Both the position numbers and the translations under genes were made by a program. The notes below the pieces were generated by a model. That model was given only the letters and a program-made list of their open reading frames with translations, was not told the DNA's origin and searched no databases. Below are positions 57,142 to 64,000 of a stretch of 64,000 nt of DNA, one piece after another (position 1 is the first letter of the stretch; each line of letters begins with the position of its first letter). Where the stretch lies: IMG/VR virus record IMGVR_UViG_3300033153_009650, positions 25,130-89,129 of that record; one strand, written 5' to 3'. The stretch is from a virus.

Positions 57142-57516
57142 ATGAAGGTCTTAACCAGAGACGAGATTTTAAATATGGACGATCTCAAAATAGAAGAGGT
57201 CAATGTTCCTGAATGGAACGGAGTTGTCTTTATCCGCACTATTACAGGACAAGAAAGGGATATATTTGAACAAACCATGTCTGAAGCTGGGGGCTTGAGA
57301 AATCTTCGGGCGAGATTGGTTGCTCTCACTGCAATTGATAAGGAAGGGAAAAGAATATTTTCTGAAAAGGATGCTCCTGCTTTGGGTAAGAAAAGCGCTG
57401 CTGTTATTGACCGTCTTTTTAAAGTCGCTCAAGAGCTTAATGGTTGGGGTATCGAAATTGAGAAAATCACAAAAAACTTCTTGGCAGGCCTGAGCGAAGA
57501 TTCTACTTCCGGTTAG
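57142..57516 (+). CDS. tail assembly chaperone (gpG-like)
   Basis: V.VPEW.G.V.IR, L.KKSA..IDRL; position. Confidence 0.88.
   Translation: MKVLTRDEILNMDDLKIEEVNVPEWNGVVFIRTITGQERDIFEQTMSEAGGLRNLRARLVALTAIDKEGKRIFSEKDAPALGKKSAAVIDRLFKVAQELNGWGIEIEKITKNFLAGLSEDSTSG
57471..57477 (+). promoter_or_regulatory. programmed -1 frameshift site A AAA AAC (gpG to gpGT)
   Basis: -1 frame reads LLGRPERRFYFRLAQSLG into ORF 57531-57716. Confidence 0.85.
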
Positions 57517-57530
57517 CTCAAAGCCTGGGA

Positions 57531-57716
57531 ATGACAGTTCGGGAGATGTTATCCAGAATGGACGCGCATGAATTGACTGAATGGAGCGCTTTTTTCGTAT
57601 TGGAACAATCTGGATTGAAAGGGAAGAAACAAAGTCCGGAAGAGTTGGGAGAGGCTTTGAAGGGTTTGGCTAAAGTGAAAAAGAGAAAAGACAAACCTGA
57701 GAGGAAAAAGAAATGA
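57531..57716 (+). CDS. tail assembly chaperone gpT portion
   Basis: LGMTVREM..RM...EL.EW. Confidence 0.8.
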   Translation: MTVREMLSRMDAHELTEWSAFFVLEQSGLKGKKQSPEELGEALKGLAKVKKRKDKPERKKK

Positions 57717-60256
57717 ATATTGGAACAATGATGGCTCGCATAGGAGTCGATACTGCGCCTCTTACAAAAGCTGGGGCCAGAATGAAGGCTTTCACCAGTA
57801 GAACTGTTGCGGGTTTTGCTCGAGTAAAGAAGTCTGTCTTTTCCTTGCAAGGTGCTTTAGTTGGGTTTGTTGGAATGGCAGGAATGGCTCTTATTGCAAA
57901 ATCTTCTGTAAAGACAGCTATGGCATTTGAACAATCTATGTTAACTGTTAAAGGCGTTACCAGGGCTACAGCAGAAGAATTTGAAAATATGACAAACATG
58001 GCTAAGAAGATGGGAGAGACTACAGAGTGGACAGCGTCTCAATCTGCGAATGCTCTCCAATTTTTAGGCATGGCTGGATTTAAAGCAATGGAGGCGACTC
58101 AAGCATTACCCGGAGTCCTTGATTTGGCCACTGCTGGTAATATCGAATTGGCAAGAGCGGCTGATATTGCTTCCAATGCATTGACTGCTATGCAACTTCC
58201 TGTTAGTCAGCTTGGTAAGGTCAACGATGTTTTTGTTGCTACAATTACAAGAACGAATACCAATATGGAAATGATGGCAGAATCTTTTAAATATGCCGCG
58301 CCTGTCGGTAAGGCTTTTGGGTATGAGATCGAAGAATTATCTGCCATGATTGGGCAGTTAGGTAATGCAGGTATTCAAGGATCTATGGCAGGGACTCAGC
58401 TTGCTTTTGCTATGCAAAAAGCTACAAAGGTTGCGAGAGAATTAGGTATTGATAGTTCAAATCTTACCGATGTTCTTCAAGCAATGAAAGATCAAGGTTG
58501 GTCAAACGAGCGAATGTTGAAAGCCTTTGGTATGAGGGGAGGTCGGGCGGTTCTTATCTTAAAAGATATGATTCCTCAAATTAAAGCTTTAACTGTCGAA
58601 TTAGAAAATTCAGAAGGAGAAGCAAAGAAACTTGCGGATATTATGAGGACATCTTTACGTGTAGCTTTTATTACTTTAGGATCTGCCATTGAAAGTATTT
58701 CTATTGAAGCCTTTAAGACTTATGAACAGGAACTTAGACAACTTGTGAAAAACATGACCATGTGGGTCCGAGAACATAAGGATGAAATTATTAGATCATT
58801 AGGAGTGACCAAGGATTTTATTGGAGGATTAGCAAAATATTTTGTCTTGTTAGGTGCAGGTATCGGTGTGACGATGGCAAAAATGAGTACAGGGACAACT
58901 GATGCCGCAACAGGAACAGAATTACTTCATCTTATGATGAAAAAAGTAAAGGAGGAAATGGATCTTGTTCGTGAAATAATGGAAGACCCCACCTATGCCA
59001 GATTTGTTGGAACCAGTAAATATGCAACTAAATCAACAGAAGAATTGGAAGTTATTTTAGGAAAACTTGGGGCTAAATTAATTTTTTTTAAGAACCAGAT
59101 TGATCTTGCTAATAAAGCTCAGCAAGAACTTGCAATTTCTACAGCCGTACTTGCTAAAGAAGAGAAAATGTATTGGTCTCATCCCGAATGGGCTTATGAA
59201 CCTCCTCCTATTTGGAAATCTATTCCTGATATGCCAGAAATTCCTAAAGAAATTATGGAACAGCGTTTGGCCGCTCTTAGAACTATGGCAGAACAAGAAG
59301 CTAATCTGATATATCAACCGGAACCTTATTTATTAGCATTAGAAGCTGAAGCTAATTTTGCAAAGAAAAAGGAAGAAATAATTCAATTTCGTTTAGCGGC
59401 TTTTAAATCGATGGCAGAACAGGAAGCGGCGTTGATATATCAGCCAGAACCTTATTTGATGGCATTAGAAGCTGAAGCTAATTTGGCTGAAAAAAAGAAG
59501 ACACTTAGAGAAAGCCTTAAAACAAATATCATAAATTTTCTAATGACAGAAGAAGAAAGCATACGAGCTTCATATGCTAATAGAATTGAAATGGTGAAAA
59601 AAGCTTTGGAACTACAAGTTATAGAGGAAGAACGTGCGGCTCAGTTGATAGCTAAACTACAGAATAAAATGAATGAAGAAATTAAAGATAAAAAGAAAAC
59701 TTTTGGAGAGGAAATAAAAACTGCTATTACAGGTTGGGCAAGTACATGGAGTCAAACCTTGACGGATATGGTTTGGGGAGCTGAATTAACCTTTGGAAAG
59801 ATACTTGAATCTTTTGGTAAGATGCTAACTCAAATGGCTATTCAACAAATGATTATTAAACCCATGTTGGCAGGCCCAGAAGAAGGATGGATGAAGTGGC
59901 TTTTTGGAGCCAAAGGATTTGCTATTGAAAATGGAGTTCAGAAATTTGCTAAAGGAACTATTGTTAATAAACCAACTATATTTCCGATGCAACAAGGTAT
60001 GGGTTTGATAGGAGAAGCAGGACCAGAAGGGGTCTTGCCTTTAACAAGAACGAAAGGCGGAGATTTAGGAGTGAAAGCGGAAGGTACTGGAGCAAATGTC
60101 ACTGTTAATGTTATTAACCAAACAAGTCAGGAAGTTGAAGCAGAGCAAAGAGGGCAACCGCGATTTGATGGAAATCAATTAGTGGTTGATGTAATACTTA
60201 CTGATCTTAATAGACGAGGACCAATCTTTCAAGGCATGATGGGAGCAAGAGCATGA
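57713..60256 (+). CDS. tail tape measure protein (TP901-like)
   Basis: A..MG.TT..TASQ.A, LGMAG, G.QGS.AGT, FAKG, GEAGPE..LPL. Confidence 0.95.
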   Translation: MNIGTMMARIGVDTAPLTKAGARMKAFTSRTVAGFARVKKSVFSLQGALVGFVGMAGMALIAKSSVKTAMAFEQSMLTVKGVTRATAEEFENMTNMAKKMGETTEWTASQSANALQFLGMAGFKAMEATQALPGVLDLATAGNIELARAADIASNALTAMQLPVSQLGKVNDVFVATITRTNTNMEMMAESFKYAAPVGKAFGYEIEELSAMIGQLGNAGIQGSMAGTQLAFAMQKATKVARELGIDSSNLTDVLQAMKDQGWSNERMLKAFGMRGGRAVLILKDMIPQIKALTVELENSEGEAKKLADIMRTSLRVAFITLGSAIESISIEAFKTYEQELRQLVKNMTMWVREHKDEIIRSLGVTKDFIGGLAKYFVLLGAGIGVTMAKMSTGTTDAATGTELLHLMMKKVKEEMDLVREIMEDPTYARFVGTSKYATKSTEELEVILGKLGAKLIFFKNQIDLANKAQQELAISTAVLAKEEKMYWSHPEWAYEPPPIWKSIPDMPEIPKEIMEQRLAALRTMAEQEANLIYQPEPYLLALEAEANFAKKKEEIIQFRLAAFKSMAEQEAALIYQPEPYLMALEAEANLAEKKKTLRESLKTNIINFLMTEEESIRASYANRIEMVKKALELQVIEEERAAQLIAKLQNKMNEEIKDKKKTFGEEIKTAITGWASTWSQTLTDMVWGAELTFGKILESFGKMLTQMAIQQMIIKPMLAGPEEGWMKWLFGAKGFAIENGVQKFAKGTIVNKPTIFPMQQGMGLIGEAGPEGVLPLTRTKGGDLGVKAEGTGANVTVNVINQTSQEVEAEQRGQPRFDGNQLVVDVILTDLNRRGPIFQGMMGARA

Positions 60257-60894
60257 GTTTAGATTTAGCATCAGCAATCGCTACAGCTAAGAATCTATTA
60301 TCTGATCCAGGAGCCTGGCTTATTCTTCTGGAAATTGATACTCCTGCATTAGATGAGCCTTTGAAGTTAGTGCGAAATACTGAAGATATTGTTTGGGATA
60401 GTGAAACCTGGACAGCTTTTCCTTTTGAGCTTGCAGAGTCCAAACAATCTTCTGACGGTATGATTCAATCTATTGCCCTTCGTGTTAGTAATGTTTTGAG
60501 ACAGATAGAAAAATATGTAAATGAGGCTGATGGAGGAACTGATACCACAGTTACTTTGAGGGTTGTTTATAGTGAAGAATTAGCTCTTGATGCTGTAATT
60601 GAGGAAATTTTTAAGGTTGGTAAAATTAGATGTACTAATGATTGGGTAATATTTGAACTTCAACCCGATAGTTTTTTTACTCAACTATTTCCAAGAGATT
60701 TATTTTCTCGAACTTCTTGTAAAAAGAAATTTAAAGGAAGAGAATGCGGATATACAGGTACAATTTATTCTTCTTGTAATAAAGTATTAGAAGATTGCAT
60801 TGCAAGAGGAAATGAATCAAGATTTGGTGGGACCCCATCTATACCAGATGGAATATTTGATGAAGCTGGAGTTGCGCCCAGTTATGCAGAATAA
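60253..60894 (+). CDS. tail tip protein (lambda gpL/DUF1833-like)
   Basis: LVRNTEDI.W....W.AFPF; Cys cluster C...FKG.ECGY...C......C....N..RFGG. Confidence 0.85.
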   Translation: MSLDLASAIATAKNLLSDPGAWLILLEIDTPALDEPLKLVRNTEDIVWDSETWTAFPFELAESKQSSDGMIQSIALRVSNVLRQIEKYVNEADGGTDTTVTLRVVYSEELALDAVIEEIFKVGKIRCTNDWVIFELQPDSFFTQLFPRDLFSRTSCKKKFKGRECGYTGTIYSSCNKVLEDCIARGNESRFGGTPSIPDGIFDEAGVAPSYAE

Positions 60895-60922
60895 GAAGGG
60901 TTGATTATGGGGGTTAGAAAAA

Positions 60923-61324
60923 TTGAAGAATTTCCAAATAAATGATTTGATTGGAAAGCCTTTTAAAGACAAAGCAAGAGGTCCAGATGCTTATGATTGT
61001 TATGGTCTTGTGTTAGAGGTTTTTAGAAGGCAGGGAATAGAAATACCTGATTATGGAGTGGGGTTTGTAACCGAACAAACGGCCCTGATTGATAAGAAAG
61101 TGCAAGAGGTATGGAAAGATTGGGATCAAATTAAAAAACCTATTCCAGGGGGTTTAATTATTTTGGCATTTCCTTTTCCTGGTTGGGCATCACATTTTGG
61201 AGTAATGGTTAATGGTGAAAAGTTTATTAATACCAGAATTAAGACAGGAGTTGTTATTGATCGAATAACTTCTCCTGCTTGGAAGAAAAGAGTTTTAAGC
61301 TTTCATACTTATAAAGGAAATTAA
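60923..61324 (+). CDS. NlpC/P60 tail-associated peptidase
   Basis: IGKPF...RGP..YDC.GL, H.GV. Confidence 0.9.
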   Translation: MKNFQINDLIGKPFKDKARGPDAYDCYGLVLEVFRRQGIEIPDYGVGFVTEQTALIDKKVQEVWKDWDQIKKPIPGGLIILAFPFPGWASHFGVMVNGEKFINTRIKTGVVIDRITSPAWKKRVLSFHTYKGN

Positions 61325-61326
61325 GG

Positions 61327-64000
61327 ATGAATGAATTGACAATAACTAAAGTTAAAAATCCTTTCATCAAGTCTGATGGCAGAGAGAGGTTTTCTTTAGA
61401 AATTCAAAAAACTTTTACTGTTGGAGATCTCTTAGAATATTGCCAAATTCCTATCCAAAACGCTTCTTATTTTAACGTGGTTATTAATGGTTATGTTTGC
61501 ACCAACTTAAATAAGGTTCTTCAACCAGGAGATTCTATTCTGGTAATTGCAAAACTTCAAAGCGGAGGAGGGGACGGGGGCGGCGGAAAAGATATTATAG
61601 GAACTGTGGCCATGATAGCGGTGATGGTAGCAGCTGTAACCATTGGCAACATTGTAGGTGCACAAGCTGCTGCTGCTGGATGGTCAGCATTTGGAGTTAA
61701 GATGGCTACAGCGGCAACTATGGCTGTTACAGTTGCATCGGGCTCTCTTCTTGTCAATAGTCTACTTCCTTCACCAACAGCTGAATTGCAAGAAGGGGTA
61801 GGGGGGCTTATTGGAGATAGGAAAGCAGATTCTCCGACTTATGGTTTTACAGGAGGACAGACAAGTTTTATTCCTGGTCTCCCTTACCCTGTTTTATATG
61901 GAAAATATCGTCTTGCTGGACAAGTTATTAATCATTGGATTGAAACTAATAATTCTACATATGCACAAACTCTTAAAATGTTACTTTGTATGAGTGAAGG
62001 AATATGTAAAACTCCTGTACAGAGTAAAGATGAAATATATGTAGATAGACAATTAAAGTTTAGTGATATTGAAGAACGCGATTTTGAAGTAACTAAAGGG
62101 GGTCAGGACCAAGCTTCTATTTCGATTGGTGGATTTGAACAGCTTCATCAGTATCGACCCGTTTCTTCAAAGATGACAGTTCGTACCATTTATATGCTTC
62201 ATGGAGATGTTGCCCCTTTTGTAGATTCAAGTGTTTATGGGAAAACGATTACGAATAATAATGTTACTTTGGATGGAGCAGTTAAAAAATTTGGCGCAGG
62301 GTCTATGAAGTTTGATCACACCACAGATTATCTTGAGCTTGCCGCCAGTGATGATTATAGCATGAGTGGAGATTGGAATTTTACTTGTTGGTTATATCGT
62401 GATGCGGAAGTAGCCGGTACTTATTATCATATTATGGGAAGAGTTAAGACAGCTGGTTATAATCAACAAACTATGTACATTTTTAATGACGAATTATATT
62501 TCAAATTTACAGCTAATAATGCTAATAGACTTACAGGATTTAAAGGATCTATTTCTGGTTTACATACTTGGCGATATGTTGAAATATCCAGAGTAGCCCA
62601 CTTCTATTATATGTTTGTTGATGGTGAATTATTAGATAAAGTAGAAGACGAAAGATATCCAGACGATTTTTATGGTGATTGGGGTGTTGCTTTGCGGCTT
62701 GGGACTCTTACAGTTGCAACCGTTGGAGCTTCTTTTATTGGCAGAATAGATGAGGCCCGGTACGAAAAGAAAGCTGGACATACCTCCGATTATGATGTTC
62801 CAACAGCAGCTCCTTCCGATGACTATGGAAAAATAGTTAAAGCAAGAGGAGAGTCAGATAAATTGGTTGCTCATTTTGAAATGCCTTATGGTCTTTATGA
62901 GGTCAATACTTCTGGTGTATTAATAAATCGAAATGTTGATTTTAGTATTGAATATAGAAAACAAATAGAAAATACTTGGATTTTGAGGCAGGCAACGATA
63001 GGTTTTACTTCTGGTGGAACAGCTGAGCCTGTAGAGGATGATGAAATTGAAGGAGGAACAAGTGGGGCAAAAGGAACATTTGTTAGTGCTGATGTTACTG
63101 CTGGAACATGGGGAGGAGGAGATGCTGCCGGAACTATGATTTTAAAGGACATAACTGGTGAATTTGAAACTTCTGAAATTTTAAAAGATAATACTCAAGG
63201 CGTGGCAGATATTGCAACAGCATCAGCATCAGCAAGTGACCTTCAACATTTTGAAAGAATTACAGCGGCAGTTAGAACACCTGTCAGAAAACAATATGAG
63301 ATAGTAAGTTTGGATCGTGATAAGTATGAAGTCCGAGTTACTCGTTTGACTATCGAAGAAACTGAAACTAAGTATGTTTCAGACTTGTTTTGGGTTGGAT
63401 TAGATGAAATTTTAGATATTCAATTAGATTATCCTGGCTTATCTTTATTGGCTTTGAGTATTCAAGCTTCGGAGCAGCTTAAAAGTTTTTCACCAACCAT
63501 TGGAGCTAATTGGAATCGTGGCATTATCGAAGTACCCGATTGGTTTCCATTGCATAGAGATTTTTTAGAATATGTGAAGGTTGATCCTAACTCCCATATA
63601 TCTCTTTTGGATTGGAGGGTTGATTTTGACGGTCTTGATAGCGATGAGGATGCATATCTTTATAAGGATATGGGCGTAGATTGTTTTGATGGGGATTTCA
63701 AGTTTTATCTTGAGTGTGAACTTACTGAAGCGGCGGCTGATGGAATAGCTTTTATATTTGTTTTAGCTAATCTGATTAATGATTGTAAAGGAATCGATAA
63801 TGCAAGTGGTGATTATTTAGGAATATCTTTGCAAGGGTTTTTGACTGATGAATTAGCTCCAACCTCATGTTGCACTGACCCTGATAATGATCAGGATAAT
63901 ACGACTGGGTGGACAGCCGGTGCTGCCACGATAATATCTGAGCCTGGAGGGGTAACAGGAAATAGATTAAAAGTTACTGCTGATCCTGGTTCTTCGGGAT
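61327..64000 (+). CDS. central tail fibre/host-specificity protein (gpI/gpJ-like, LamG insert; runs off window)
   Basis: Manual translation from ATG 61327: hydrophobic gpI-like segment, SPTYG, PYPVLYG...AGQVI, SEG, KFG.GS..F, G.IDE.R, YP..SLLAL. Confidence 0.85.
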   Translation, partial: MNELTITKVKNPFIKSDGRERFSLEIQKTFTVGDLLEYCQIPIQNASYFNVVINGYVCTNLNKVLQPGDSILVIAKLQSGGGDGGGGKDIIGTVAMIAVMVAAVTIGNIVGAQAAAAGWSAFGVKMATAATMAVTVASGSLLVNSLLPSPTAELQEGVGGLIGDRKADSPTYGFTGGQTSFIPGLPYPVLYGKYRLAGQVINHWIETNNSTYAQTLKMLLCMSEGICKTPVQSKDEIYVDRQLKFSDIEERDFEVTKGGQDQASISIGGFEQLHQYRPVSSKMTVRTIYMLHGDVAPFVDSSVYGKTITNNNVTLDGAVKKFGAGSMKFDHTTDYLELAASDDYSMSGDWNFTCWLYRDAEVAGTYYHIMGRVKTAGYNQQTMYIFNDELYFKFTANNANRLTGFKGSISGLHTWRYVEISRVAHFYYMFVDGELLDKVEDERYPDDFYGDWGVALRLGTLTVATVGASFIGRIDEARYEKKAGHTSDYDVPTAAPSDDYGKIVKARGESDKLVAHFEMPYGLYEVNTSGVLINRNVDFSIEYRKQIENTWILRQATIGFTSGGTAEPVEDDEIEGGTSGAKGTFVSADVTAGTWGGGDAAGTMILKDITGEFETSEILKDNTQGVADIATASASASDLQHFERITAAVRTPVRKQYEIVSLDRDKYEVRVTRLTIEETETKYVSDLFWVGLDEILDIQLDYPGLSLLALSIQASEQLKSFSPTIGANWNRGIIEVPDWFPLHRDFLEYVKVDPNSHISLLDWRVDFDGLDSDEDAYLYKDMGVDCFDGDFKFYLECELTEAAADGIAFIFVLANLINDCKGIDNASGDYLGISLQGFLTDELAPTSCCTDPDNDQDNTTGWTAGAATIISEPGGVTGNRLKVTADPGSSG

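Noticed and set aside
1-64000. Genome-wide stop-codon reassignment
   Set aside because: TGA, TAG and TAA all end genes at sensible positions, often in ATGA overlaps; long ORFs are intact in the standard code.

Overview
AT-rich, 64-kb fragment of a tailed dsDNA phage with siphovirus-type architecture; no integrase, tRNA, rRNA or CRISPR array seen. Two divergent arms meet at a ~1-kb non-coding region (25.1-26.05 kb). The left arm (- strand) has small early genes including an AcrIII-1-like ring nuclease, a bacterial-type replisome (DnaE, two clamp homologues, DnaB-like helicase, primase, initiator, SNF2 helicase), a helicase-DNA methylase fusion and a 7-deazaguanine DNA-modification cluster (folE, queD, queE, queC, DpdA/TGT-like) with extra tailoring enzymes. 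The right arm (+ strand) has HNH, terminases, portal, head genes, a 12-kb glycan-biosynthesis block, three signal-peptide-bearing genes, and neck/tail genes. Best leads: (1) the DpdA-like enzyme appears to lack its N-terminal barrel segment, while four unannotated, translationally coupled ~50-aa MKIYxA...LxS(Y/F)(Y/W) micro-genes resemble that segment (possible split enzyme); (2) an in-frame UGA at a probable Cys position in the head protease/scaffold gene; (3) a ~700-nt structured leader behind a consensus promoter and three IHF boxes; (4) a small ORF carrying a 15-aa copy of a helicase motif; (5) the glycosylation block next to exported proteins. All product calls are motif recognition by eye, with no database searches. 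Several frameshifts could be assembly errors.
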